Shown here: positions 13,885 to 26,598 of the stretch, in pieces
Position numbering within the stretch: position 1 is the stretch's first letter
How the letters are laid out: every line of letters begins with the position of its first letter
NCBI RefSeq assembly: GCF_006345805.1
Contig: NC_043004.1
Location: 69,998,001 to 70,062,000 of the forward strand
Direction of reading: 5' to 3'
From: Octopus sinensis
Taxonomy: Eukaryota
Length of the DNA: 64,000 nt
The notes under the pieces: generated by a model
Told to the model about the DNA's origin: nothing
Seen by the model: the letters and a program-made list of their open reading frames with translations, nothing else
Databases searched by the model: none
Program-made: the position numbers and the translations under genes

Positions 13885-13938
13885 AATAGGAATGACGACG
13901 TACAAAGTAGTCGGGATGAACCAAGGATTTGGCCAAGG
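13885..13938 (-). CDS. Candidate 54-bp symmetric (phase 1-1) coding exon (P)LAKSLVHPDYFVRRHSY
   Basis: Acceptor tttagttgttgttattgtttag, consensus donor TATT|GTAAGT, length divisible by 3, and an RRHS basophilic kinase motif. Confidence 0.55.
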
Positions 13939-14086
13939 CTAAACAATAACAACAACTAAAGGAAATTCCTCTGAGATCTGCTAGTGCCCAACACATCATG
14001 GACACACTCTTATCGATTAATTCACACATAGCTCTCTCTCTCTCTCATAGATGTGTGTGTGTGTGTGTGTGTGCATGCGTGCATAC

Positions 14087-14180
14087 GTCTGGCATGGCTG
14101 CACACAGTTGGGAGTGCAGTGCTGTTGTCAGATGCCTCGTTGAAGATGGGTTTAGACAAAGCTGAATTATTCTTGGTCAT
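14087..14180 (-). CDS. Candidate coding exon MTKNNSALSKPIFNEASDNSTALPTVCSHAR (phase 1 end)
   Basis: Open frame from ATG 14180 with donor AGAC|GTATGC at 14087/14086. It joins in frame to the 13885-13938 exon across a 148-bp intron, and a CpG-rich segment (14260-14360) lies upstream. Confidence 0.5.
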
Positions 14181-15197
14181 ACATTCACTACCATCGATAG
14201 TTTTCAATCGATAGAATTCAGGATTTAATTCTTCTGCTACTAACCAACCACCCAAACGCAATAACGTCCACAGCGAATCGAGTACGCGTTACGCTGGTTC
14301 GTTTCCTGGCTGAAGTCCGTTTCGTTACGCTTGCCGTCTTTTCGGGAAAGGCATGATTGCTACACAATCTATGTCCACCATACTATGCACACAATAGTCC
14401 TTAGATTGTGTGGAATTACGATAATAAAAGAAAATGGACAGTGGTGAATCATAATGTTAAGTTCTTTCTCTGCAAATAACAAAACCGAAGAACAGTTTCG
14501 CTTAGGGTGTGTGACGTTTAAAGCTTGTGAAAGGCATGAGAATCACAACTTCCCGTCAATGTTACCACTGAATGTCTCAGTAATCATACATGTGAGTAAT
14601 TCAGGCGTAAATCATGAGGCTGTCTAGCCGTGTCATTGAAGATATCACTAATATTAAAAGTAAAACTGAGGTGGTGGTGAGAAATCGCGAACCTTTAAAT
14701 CAAAATTCTTTGTCGTGTCTTCAAATAAAATGACGTTTAAAAAAATGGTATGAATGAAAAATTTACTCTAACAACAAAACCAACGAAATAGTTTGTGTTC
14801 TCGCGACGTGCTAGAAATAGCAGCAACATTCTTTCAAATTACATCGTACGTCTTAAAGAAGGAAAGAGACAGTGTGTTAGTGTAAAAGTCGTGGGTGGAA
14901 CGTCTTTGATAATAAGCAGGTCTCCTCAGTTAGAGATGACATGGGGGTTAAACAACAGATAACATAAAAAAACGGACACTTTCGTAGATTAAGCAACATC
15001 CACTACACTAACATACCAGAAGAAAAAAATGTCACAGTTTAAAGTAAGTTGGTCCTTCACGAAAATGATCTTTCTTTCTACCAGACTATAAAATAACAAC
15101 AACAACAGGAATAAATTAAATTTTTAAAACAAACAATTATCAAATAATAAATATACATTAAAAAAAATGTAAGAAACCAGTGTATATTCATTCTCAC

Positions 15198-15214
15198 CCG
15201 TTGTCGACTGCCAT
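15198..15214 (-). CDS. Candidate alternative first coding exon (MAVDNG, phase 2) with CT-rich 5' UTR to about 15430
   Basis: Good Kozak context cccATGG, donor AACGG|GTGAGA at 15198/15197, and CpG-retaining, pyrimidine-rich leader on the minus strand. Confidence 0.4.
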
Positions 15215-15613
15215 GGGTAGTGAAGAAGCGAGAGAAGAGAAAACATACCCCGAGTGGAGATGATAACGTGAATGAACAGTAACAGAATAGAGTAAGAGAG
15301 AGAGGGAAGGAGAAAGAGAGAGAGCGTGAGGAGAGAAGAGAGAGAGAGAGCAGAGAAAGAGAGAGGGAGGGGCACGGCGGGAGAAAGTAGATAGATACTT
15401 AGCAGAACTGTGAAATGATCTTGTCTGAGTCATACCCAAAGGGCACTATTTAGTGACGGCCGTAGTATTGTAGGTGTATGTTACGCATATATAGATTGTT
15501 TTGCGGCCTGGTATACATTATAAGTGCATGTGCAAAACACTAGTGTGAGTGCGTGTGCATATGTGTGTGTAAATATATGTGCGTGAGCATGTGCACACAC
15601 TGAGACGCACACG

Positions 15614-15644
<31 letters not shown>

Positions 15645-17128
15645 GAAAACACTATATAATTAGACAAATTTTATGACTTAACAAAGGAAAAGTAGAGAAA
15701 ATTAATTGCCTGTTTATATATATATAATTGGGCAGAGTACAGAAGCTTGTTTAAGCAGGAGGATGCAGTTGTGGGGGTGGTGGGCATGTCGTTTCGCTGT
15801 CTAAAGGACATTGGAAAGAGTAAGATGTAAACACAAGAAACCGGAAGGGGTGTGTGTGTGTATACATACATACATACATACATACATACATACACACACA
15901 CAGTCTGAATGCGTATGTAGATAGCATTACTGATAAATTCGCTTAGTGTATAGGCCGTGTGTGTGTGTGTGCGTATGATGTGTATATGTATGTAGGCCTG
16001 TATGTGTGTATGTATGCATGTGAGTACGGTGCATGTATGTATATGTGTATGTATGTCTGTGAGTGCGAGTGGGTAGGTGTGTAATGCAGCATCCACATTG
16101 CTTTCATCATGACCGAATGTTTTTACATTATCTTCAACATGGAGCAGTTCTGAGTTCAAATTTGATTTGTTTCCCACTCTAACCTCTCAAATATGTGAAC
16201 ACTGATAAATAAGTACCAGTAATATAATGAAACTGATTTACTTCCTTGTGTTCCCTTCCCCATATCCTTATAAATGTCGACCCAATGTCAATTTAGCTCA
16301 GGCATGTGCAAATGTTTTCAAGAAGCAGGTTGCATGAGACTTATTCCATCATCAGGTGGGCATTACTGTATATATATACATATAACATTTCAACAAGTTC
16401 TGTTTTCTTTCCCTAACCCCACCCAACTCATTGCCCACCATGTTTTCAGGTTTTGTTGCTTGCCTGATGAAACATCCATAGTGAGAACTTTTGACAGAGA
16501 CAAAGTGAGTGAGCAAGCTCCTAATGTGTATGTATTCAAACATATGCACATACACGTACACACACACACATCTTTCTATTGTAACACAAAGCCTACTTGG
16601 AATTATAGTAGATTGTTATTGTATTGCTACAACATAGGTTTGAAATGCTCTCTCGACAATGAAATCACCATCATCATTGAATTGAAGCAAATCTTCCAGC
16701 ACTTCGACTTTAATGCTTGTAGCAAGGATTTGAACCCTAACTGATAGATACTCAGTTAAACACCATGACTGAGCCACCACAGTTTCATGTTATTGATCTA
16801 TAAACTAACCACTCGGTGTGAAGCTGGCTTGGATGTTCTAGAATTTACCCTCTTGTTGCCCATATAAACTGATTGGTATCTAATTCATAAGGTAGAATGA
16901 GGAGAGCAGCCAACTGATTCATATGCCTTACCTCTTACCAGGTAGATAGATGACTTCTGACACTCAAGCAGACATCTTCGGACTTTGTGCAGTTAGACCG
17001 ATTCTGAACACTCACACAATGTCTTATAAGTAGCTTCTATGGATGTAGTGAAGCTTTTCTCTCCTTCCATTTGGGAATTAATATTTTTCATTGTAAATAG
17101 TCAACATCAAATAATCCGGCAATAAATA

Positions 17129-17513
17129 TCTCTTCTCTCTATATATAAACGGCAGTTTGTCTGTGCGTGTTTCTGTGTGTCTGTTTGCTTGTACCCTCAC
17201 CCTGACCACGGCTTTCAACCGATTCTGATGAAACTTGACACACACATAGCCCAATGTCATAATTCAAAACTAATGCAGCGAAAATTTTGAAAAGTTCCCC
17301 CAGTTCTGAAAAAAATCGATAAATTCGACATGGGGTCGAGAATCAGAAACACAAACTGTCTAGGGGACGCAACTCCACCTTTTTTAACTCTCAAAAAAAA
17401 AAATTTACCATCATTTTTTCCCATTTTTTTGCTATTTTTTGGCTATAACTCTCTAAAAATGCTTTATAGTTATTTCCCTTACAAACCTGAGCAACGCCGG
17501 GCGATACTGCTAG
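17129..17513 (+). mobile_element. Non-autonomous Helitron
   Basis: Inserted between A and T; 5' TC...ctctatatataaa, 3' subterminal hairpin (cctgagcaacgccggg) and terminal CTAG; no TIR or TSD. Confidence 0.8.
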
Positions 17514-19142
17514 TTTGAGTTAAATGTCTGTGAATTTGCTTCAGTTATTCTTCACAGCTGTCTCCTGGCAAAGAAAGGTCCAGCAACAATACATTCTCTG
17601 TGACACAAGCACCAACACTATGACATGCTTAATGTTACTTAACTACTTGTTCAAATTCCAGAGTCAATTTTATTTTTTATCCTTTGGGAGTAGATAAAAT
17701 AAAATAAAAAAATCAACTGTTGGGACTGTTTAAATTGGTTGCATCACTTCCCCAGCAATGCATGTAACCTCTTGCTGGAGATGTCTAATAGCACAGAGAT
17801 GTGGTGCTGATGAAAGAACAAGAACTCCTGAAATGTGCATATACACCCATTACCTAATTTTCTATCTTTGCATTGTTTACACTTTCATAACTGGCTCTAA
17901 CTTCTATAGAAAATTTGTAAAGATAACTTTTTAGATTTGTCTTAAGTAGTGTTTCTCAAATAAGAACGTAATACACATCCCACTTTAGGCCTTAATTTAA
18001 ATTAGCCCAAAGTCAACCAAAACCAGTCTTCAATATCCTTTGGCTGATCAAAACATAGGTGCAGGAATGGTTGCGTACGCTTCCCAGCCATGTGGTTTCA
18101 GGTTCAATCCTATTACATGGCACCAGGGGCAAGTGTCTTCTACTAAGTCCTAGGCTAACCAAAACCTCATGAGTGGATTTGGTAGACAAAAAATGAAAGA
18201 AGCTTGTTGTAATTTATCTTTTACTTGTTTCAGTCATTAGACTGTAACCAAGCTTGGGCACTGCCTCAAAGGGTTTAGTCAAAGAATTCAACCCTAGTAT
18301 TTACTTTTTAAATTTGACAAAAGAGACCAAAAGAATAAGTGTCAAGTGTATAAAACTGTTGAGATGACCCTACATTCCAAGTGACAGGTTTTTTTTTTCT
18401 CCCATCATCTGTATTAAGTCTCCAAAGTAAAGCATAAAGATGAAGATTCCAATCATCATCATCCTTGTAATGTCCACTTTTCCATGATAGCATGTGTCAG
18501 ATGGAATACATTTAGGCAGATTTTCTACAACTGGATGCTCTTCAACCCCAAAACGATGAAAGGCAAAGTTGATCTCAGCAGTATTTGCACTCAGAACATA
18601 AAGATGGATGAAATGCCACAAAGCATTTTGCTCAGCGTGCCAACAATTCTGCCAGTTCGCCACCTTGAATAATAATAGCAATAATCCATGCTGGTATGGA
18701 TTGGATGGTTTGACTAAGGACTGGCAAACGAGGAGGCTGCACCCGGCTCCAATCAGAAACCTTGCAGGTCAGTTTGGAGACTGGTGCAGCCTCCTGGCTT
18801 GCCAGTCCTCAGTCAAACCAGCCAACCCATGCCAGCATGGAAAGCGGACGTTAAACAATGATGATGATGAATGTGATGAGCAAGGGTGGCAAGCTAGCAT
18901 GTGCTAAGTGGCATTTTGTCTGTCTTTACGTTCTCAGTTCAAATTCTGTCAAGGTTGATTTTGCCTTTCATCCTTTCGGGGGTCAATAAAATAAGTACCA
19001 GCTGAACACTCAGATGATGCAATCGCCTTACCCTCTCCCCCAAATTTCTGGCCTTGTGCTAAAATTTGAAATCAATAATGTGGTAAGCTGGCAGAATCAC
19101 TGAAGAATTCACAAAATACCTTGCAGTGTTTCTTCTGGCATT

Positions 19143-19522
19143 CTTTACTCTTTTACTTGTTTCAGTCATTTGACTGTGGCCATGCTGGAGCACCGCCTTT
19201 AGTCGAGCAAATCAACCCCGGGACTTATTCTTTGTAAGCCCAGTACTTATTCTATCGGTCTCTTTTGCCGAACCGCTAAGTGACGGGGACGTAAACACAT
19301 CAGCATCGGTTGTCAAGCAATGCTAGGGGGACAAACACAAACACACATATACATATATACGACAGGCTTCTTTCAGTTTCCGTCTACCAAATCCACTCAC
19401 AAGGCATTGGTCGGCCCGGGGCTATAGCAGAAGACACTTGCCCAAGATACCACGCAGTGGGACTGAACCCAGAACCATGTGGTTGGTTAGCAAGCTACTT
19501 ACCACACAGCCACTCCTGCGCC
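19143..19522 (-). mobile_element. SINE family A, full length
   Basis: Reverse complement of the 1274-1727 element, near consensus. Confidence 0.9.
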
Positions 19523-20295
19523 TATACATTCTATACACTGTACATTCTGAATTAAAATCTTGCAGAGGTCAACTTTGCCTTCCATCCTTTCAGGGTTGAT
19601 AAAATAAAGTAGGTCCGTGTACCGAGATCAATGTAATCCACTTACCCCTTCCCCCTCCATATTACTGGCTTTGTGCCTTTATCATCATTCTCATCATAAA
19701 ACAAGGCATATAAAGCAATATTTATAGAGCTGTAAAAATGCAAAATTCTAATGTTCAAGTCACTGAAAACAATTTGTAAAGCAGCTCCAATTAGAGTAAT
19801 TAATTCCAATGATTTATTATTTCTTTCTCACCACCACCACACCACCACCACCACCACCACCACCGCTGCCACCCTCAGCACCAGTTTAGATATGTTTTGC
19901 TCAGTACTTAACTGTCTCACCATGACATGTACAGTGATGATGATGATGATGATGATGATATAAGCAAAGAGAATTAGGTACTTGAAACTCTGATGATGAT
20001 GATGATGATGACAACTGCAAGTAAATTAAGGTTAGAAATGCTGTCAATGAGGAAATGTGATCTAAAGTAACACCCACACACTATCAATGCAACATCTACA
20101 TGCCCTTACTGTCTCCTCCTCCTCCTCTTTATCCCCCTCCTCATACTCCTACTACTACTACTACTACTACTACTACAAGCCTCTCCTGTTATAAGCTCAT
20201 ACTTCTTTGTATATTATTTACATTAGCAAAATAGTAGTCAATGAATTGGTTCTACTAAATAGGGAAGAGTCTGTGTGTGTGTGTGTGTGTGCACG

Positions 20296-20344
20296 TGTGT
20301 GTGTATGGAGTTAAAGGGGTGGATGCTACATGAGTGTGTGTGTG

Positions 20345-20375
<31 letters not shown>

Positions 20376-20417
20376 ATGGAGTTAAAGGGGTGGATGCTAC
20401 ATGAGTGTGTGTGTATG

Positions 20418-20452
<35 letters not shown>

Positions 20453-20491
20453 ATGGAGTTAAAGGGGTGGATGCTACATGAGTGTGTGTGT

Positions 20492-20527
<36 letters not shown>

Positions 20528-20570
20528 ATGGAGTTAAAGGGGTGGATGCTACATGAGTGTGTGTGTGTGC
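20296..20570. repeat. Compound minisatellite: 4 copies of atggagttaaaggggtggatgctacatgag separated by (GT)n(AT)n
   Basis: Cores at about 20305, 20376, 20453 and 20527. Confidence 0.9.
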
Positions 20571-20881
20571 GTGTTCAGTCTCTTTACCTCTCTCGTTTTT
20601 TTCTTTAATTACCAGTTACATATTAGGATTAGTTCAACATGATTACCTGCAAAATTAGCCTTGTGTCTGAAATGAGTTTCTAAACCTTTCTCTCTACCCC
20701 ACACACACACACACACGCTGTAAAGGTACACAGCCTTCACACTGGAAACTGAGAAGAAATGACATGGCACCACTTTTCTCAAGAGCAACAGTGGGACTGA
20801 ATGAAGCAGTTATTGCTGGATATTGAAAATGAATCACAATTCATCTCATCACCTAAAAAGAACACACACACACACACACAC

Positions 20882-20916
<35 letters not shown>

Positions 20917-20947
20917 CATATAGATAGATAGATAGATAGACAGACAT

Positions 20948-21018
<71 letters not shown>

Positions 21019-21020
21019 TA
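20882..21020. repeat. (GATA)n microsatellite (representative of the many (AT)n, (GT)n, (GA)n, (CTA)n and (GAT)n tracts in the window)
   Basis: Directly visible. Confidence 0.95.
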
Positions 21021-21804
21021 AACATGCATGTGTGAATGTGGGGGGAAGTTGATTTGTTTTTGGCTACACTCTTCAAGGCAGTGCCCCAGCATGGCCACAG
21101 TCCAATGACTGAAACAAGCAAAAGATGTATACCTACCTACCTACCTACATATATATACTCTTACTCTTTTAATTGTTTCAGTCATTTGACTGCGGCCATG
21201 CTGGAGCACTGCCTTTAGTTGAGCAAATTGACCCCAGGACTTATTCTTTGTAAGCCTAGTACTTATTCTATCAGTCTCTTTTACCGAACCACTAAGGGAT
21301 GTAAACATACCACCATTGGTTGTCAAGCAATATTGGGAGTGGGGGGGACAAACACAGACACACAAACATATACACACACATACATATATATGTATATATA
21401 CATATATATGACAGGCTTCTTTCAGTTTCTGTCTACCAAATCCACTCATAATTTATATATTTATATAATTTTTTTAAAAATCATGCGTGCCCAAATAAGA
21501 ATTGAACCTATACCTATGCTAAATGACCAGGTCACTGTACTGACAGCCAGTTGCACTTCAGATAAATTGTAACTCACTAGCAGTATTGATTAGCAATAAA
21601 TTACCGAGAGTAAAGCAACAACTGATGTTCAAAAAACTTCCGGTAGCATTGATGTACAATATTTCTAGAAAATATATTTAATATCACTTTCTAGAACAAA
21701 TGTAGTGACTGACAACACGACACCTCATGCAGAGCTACCATCAATCATTGATTTCAATTAATTCCACCAATGAGGGAGCCTCTATATGGTTACTCAACCC
21801 TTAC

Positions 21805-21848
<44 letters not shown>

Positions 21849-21940
21849 ATGTATATATATATGTGTGTGTGTGACCTCGTGTGTACCATTGACGATTTTT
21901 TTTTTTTTCTGTCTTCCCTTCTCTGGATATTTCCTTCTAT

Positions 21941-21974
21941 GTTTCCGACGAAGAGCTCCGCTCGAAACATTAAG
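21941..21974 (+). ncRNA. Degenerate minimal hammerhead motif in a Penelope-like remnant
   Basis: GTTT-CCGACGA-A GAGC TCC GCTC-GAAAC ATT-AAGC. Stem II is perfect, and the stem III G appears to have been lost by CpG decay. Confidence 0.55.
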
Positions 21975-22075
21975 CCCTCCTTCTTTCCTGAGCGTCCAAT
22001 AATACTATATTTGTTCCACGTCCTCGCATTGTTGTGTTTTTTTGTGCTTTCTTGTTTGGATTAACTTTATATATA

Positions 22076-22157
<82 letters not shown>

Positions 22158-22202
22158 GTGTGTATATATATATATATGTGTGTGTGTGTGTATATATATA
22201 TA

Positions 22203-22745
22203 TCATCATCATCGTCGTCGTTTAACGTCCGCTTTCCATGCTAGCATGGGTTGGACGAATGACTGAGGGCTGTCTAACCAGATGGCTGCACCAGGCTTCA
22301 ATCTTGATCTAGCAGAGTTTCTACAGCTGGATGCCCTTCCTAACGCCAACCACTCTGAGAGTGTAGTGGGTGCTTTTACGTGCCAGTCAGGCAGTACTGG
22401 CAACAACCTCGCTCGAATCTTTTACACATGCCACCGGCACAGGTACCAATAAGGCGATGCTGGTAACGATCACGCTCGAATGGTGTCTTTTACATGCCAC
22501 CGGTACGGAGGCCAAATAGCCGTTCTGGCAACAATCATGCTCGGATGGTGCTCTTAATACCCTACTAGCACGGAGCTCGAGGTGCCAGTAAGGCGACGCT
22601 GGTAACGATCACGCTCGAATGGTGCCTTTTAAGTGCCACTGGCACGGAAGCTGCTCTGTCAATGATCACACTCGTATGGTGCTCTTTGCACCCCGCTAGC
22701 ACAGACGCCAGTCATCGAATTTGATTTTGATTTCACTAGCCCCAA
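22203..22745 (-). mobile_element. Family B element, diverged subfamily with about 6 VNTR units
   Basis: Conserved tail; units of the type cgctcgaatggtg...tgccac(c/t)ggcac; continues into a ttgatttt spacer. Confidence 0.75.
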
Positions 22746-22761
22746 CAGGTTTTTGAAAGCA

Positions 22762-22813
<52 letters not shown>

Positions 22814-23279
22814 TATTTCCTACAACACATTTATTATGTTAAATATTTAATCTTTAAGGTAAAAATATAGATAGAAATATGTATTTATCTTTGAAGATAT
22901 AATTTGGCTTTTAAAAAACTATATATATATAGCAGCCAAATCTCTGAAATGACACTCTGCTATCATAAATAAATACAGTAGTCCTAGAAATACCGCTAAA
23001 AAACTGAATGGTCACAGTTGAAATATCTTTATGTCTGCTTGACCATCTGCATGGCAGAATCATAGTGGTATTTAGTCATGGCCTTTTATGTTCTGAGTTC
23101 AAAACCTACCTATATCAATGTTGCTTCTCATCCTTTTGGAGGGATGAAAAAATATGTACTACCTATGTACTTGGATTCGTATTCCTTATAATGTGGAATC
23201 ATAATAGATGTGTCAAGGGTTGACTTCATGTTCAACAACAACATCAATCTTACAAATGAATTAGCAAGCAAGCTCTATG

Positions 23280-23470
23280 TGGTCACTTGATTTGTTAAAA
23301 ATAGCAGTAAAATCTTCCTCAAATCATACCCTGCTGTTTAAAAAAAATGGAGAAGAAAGACACATTAGATAATATAATCCTTTGTATACAAAAAGACAGG
23401 ATGGCCATGGCTGTAACACTTCTGATTATGAGAGGTCTGCTCAATCAGAGTGACAAAGGACTAAACAATC
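23280..23470 (+). mobile_element. Old dispersed repeat family D (gctagaaatagcagccaaatctccctcaaatcac... ending ...ctaaacaac); class uncertain, probably a retroposon
   Basis: The same motif string recurs at about 3120, 14800, 37010, 39590, 40620, 43450, 44080, 44640, 45360 (minus), 46700 (minus), 55520 and 58030. Confidence 0.65.
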
Positions 23471-24231
23471 TATCTTCATCCTCACCATTCTCATCAGTAT
23501 TTTATGCTTTTGTTTCCATGCTAGCATGAGTTAGACAATTCTTCTGAAGTACTGATTTACAGCCAGATACTCTTCCTGTTGTTAACCCTTCTGGCTATCT
23601 CTTACGATATGCAGAGATGCTGTGTTCCCATACCAAAACATGGATACAACAAGGGTAAACAATACCAGTCATGAGGAATAAACAAATATATCTAAAGGAA
23701 AAACCCCCATTTACACTTTTGTCGTGTGGTGAGAAGCTTGCTTCCTAACTACATGGTTCCGGGTCCAGTCCTTGGGCTGACCAAAGCCTTGTGAGTGGAT
23801 TTGATAGATGGAAACTGAAAAGAAGCTTGTCATATATACATGTGTATGTGAGTGTGTGTGTATGTGCATGTCTTCGTGTCTGTGTTTGACCACCATCACT
23901 GCTTGACAACTAGTGTTGGTGTTTATGTCCTGTAACTTAGCAGTTTGGCAAGAGACTGAAAGAATAAGTACAAGGCTTAAAAAAAAGTCCTGGGGTCGAT
24001 TTGTACAACTAAAACCCTTCAAGGTGGTGCCCCAGGATGTCTACAGTCAAATGACTGAAACAAGTAAAATATAAAAGATATTACTGATTAAAATATTGGA
24101 TTCTAACTTTGGCACAAAGATATGAATTATTGAGACAGAAAAGATATTATAATGATCAACATCATTTAAAGTGTACTTTTCCAAGCTGACATGGGTTCGA
24201 GGAAATTACTGATGCAGTTTTTTTATTGCAC

Positions 24232-26598
24232 GGTGTTCTTGTTGCTAACCCCTCGTTTCTCCAAGTAAGCTACTAATTCCCCTGGTCTTTTGAACAGACA
24301 ACAGTTCAAAGGTGTTCTTGTTGCTAACCCCTCATTTCTCCAAGTAAGCTACTAATTCCCCTGGTCTTTTGAACAGACAACAGTTCAAAGGTGTTCTCGT
24401 TGCTAACCCCTCATTTCTCCAAGTAAGCTACTAATTCCCCTGGTCTTTTGAACAGACAACAGTTCAAAGGTGTTCTCGTTGCTAACCCCTCATTTCTCCA
24501 AGTAAGCTACTATTCCCCTGGTCTTTTGAACAGACAACAGTTCAAAGGTGTTCTCGTTGCTAACCCCTCATTTCTCCAAGTAAGCTGCTATTTCCTCTAG
24601 TCCTTTGAGCAGACAACAGTTCAAAGGTGTTCTTGTTGCTAACCCCTCATTTCTCCAAGTAAGCTACTAATTCCCCTGGTCTTTTGAACAGACAACAGTT
24701 CAAAGGTGTTCTTGTTGCTAACCCATCGTTTCTCCAAGTAAGCTACTAATTCCCCTGGTCTTTTGAACAGACAACAGTTCAAAGGTGTTCTTGTTGCTAA
24801 CCCCTCGTTTCTCCAAGTAAGCTACTAATTCCCCTGGTCTTTTGAACAGACAACAGTTCAAAGGTGTTCTTGTTGCTAACCCCTCATTTCTCCAAGTAAG
24901 CTACTAATTCCCCTGGTCTTTTGAACAGACAACAGTTCAAAGGTGTTCTCGTTGCTAACCCCTCATTTCTCCAAGTAAGCTACTATTCCCCTGGTCTTTT
25001 GAACAGACAACAGTTCAAAGGTGTTCTCGTTGCTAACCCCTCATTTCTCCAAGTAAGCTACTAATTCCCCTGGTCTTTTGAACAGACAACAGTTCAAAGG
25101 TGTTCTCGTTGCTAACCCCTCATTTCTCCAAGTAAGCTACTAATTCCCCTGGTCTTTTGAACAGACAACAGTTCAAAGGTGTTCTTGTTGCTAACCCCTC
25201 ATTTCTCCAAGTAAGCTACTAATTCCCCTGGTCTTTTGAACAGACAACAGTTCAAAGGTGTTCTTGTTGCTAACCCATCGTTTCTCCAAGTAAGCTACTA
25301 ATTCCCCTGGTCTTTTGAACAGACAACAGTTCAAAGGTGTTCTTGTTGCTAACCCCTCGTTTCTCCAAGTAAGCTACTAATTCCCCTGGTCTTTTGAACA
25401 GACAACAGTTCAAAGGTGTTCTTGTTGCTAACCCCTCGTTTCTCCAAGTAAGCTACTAATTCCCCTGGTCTTTTGAACAGACAACAGTTCAAAGGTGTTC
25501 TTGTTGCTAACCCCTCATTTCTCCAAGTAAGCTACTAATTCCCCTGGTCTTTTGAACAGACAACAGTTCAAAGGTGTTCTCGTTGCTAACCCCTCATTTC
25601 TCCAAGTAAGCTACTAATTCCCCTGGTCTTTTGAACAGACAACAGTTCAAAGGTGTTCTCGTTGCTAACCCCTCATTTCTCCAAGTAAGCTACTAATTCC
25701 CCTGGTCTTTTGAACAGACAACAGTTCAAAGGTGTTCTCGTTGCTAACCCCTCATTTCTCCAAGTAAGCTACTAATTCCCCTGGTCTTTTGAACAGACAA
25801 CAGTTCAAAGGTGTTCTTGTTGCTAACCCCTCATTTCTCCAAGTAAGCTACTAATTCCCCTGGTCTTTTGAACAGACAACAGTTCAAAGGTGTTCTTGTT
25901 GCTAACCCCTCATTTCTCCAAGTAAGCTACTAATTCCCCTGGTCTTTTGAACAGACAACAGTTCAAAGGTGTTCTTGTTGCTAACCCATCGTTTCTCCAA
26001 GTAAGCTACTAATTCCCCTGGTCTTTTGAACAGACAACAGTTCAAAGGTGTTCTTGTTGCTAACCCCTCGTTTCTCCAAGTAAGCTACTAATTCCCCTGG
26101 TCTTTTGAACAGACAACAGTTCAAAGGTGTTCTTGTTGTTAACCCCTCATTTCTCCAAGTAAGCTACTAATTCCCCTGGTCTTTTGAACAGACAACAGTT
26201 CAAAGGTGTTCTTGTTGCTAACCCCTCATTTCTCCAAGTAAGCTACTAATTCCCCTGGTCTTTTGAACAGACAACAGTTCAAAGGTGTTCTTGTTGCTAA
26301 CCCCTCGTTTCTCCAAGTAAGCTACTAATTCCCCTGGTCTTTTGAACAGACAACAGTTCAAAGGTGTTCTTGTTGCTAACCCCTCGTTTCTCCAAGTAAG
26401 CTACTAATTCCCCTGGTCTTTTGAACAGACAACAGTTCAAAGGTGTTCTTGTTGCTAACCCCTCATTTCTCCAAATAAGCTACTAATTCCCCTGGTCTTT
26501 TGAACAGACAACAGTTCAAAGTGTTCTTGTTGCTAACCCCTCATTTCTCCAAGTAAGCTGCTATTTCCTCTAGTCCTTTGAGCAGACAACAGTTCAAA
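24232..26598. repeat. 79-bp tandem satellite, about 30 copies, derived from a family B-related retroelement segment
   Basis: Unit ggtgttcttgttgctaacccctcatttctccaagtaagctactaattcccctggtcttttgaacagacaacagttcaaa starts at 24232, 24311, 24390, 24469 and onward; 2367 bp / 79 = about 30 units. Confidence 0.97.

Noticed and set aside
13885-13938. PDE4/dunce identity from the RRHS motif (cf. PDE4D3 RRHSW)
   Set aside because: No UCR1 exon (FDVENG...RRESF) is found downstream in the window, and a four-residue motif is insufficient.
19310-19555. Recurrent peptide MSSNARG...DRLLSVSVYQIHSQGIGRPGA as a gene family
   Set aside because: It is the antisense reading of SINE A.
24232-26598. CRISPR-like array
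   Set aside because: Units are head-to-tail and near-identical with no unique spacers, there are no cas genes, and the context is eukaryotic. It is a SINE-derived satellite.
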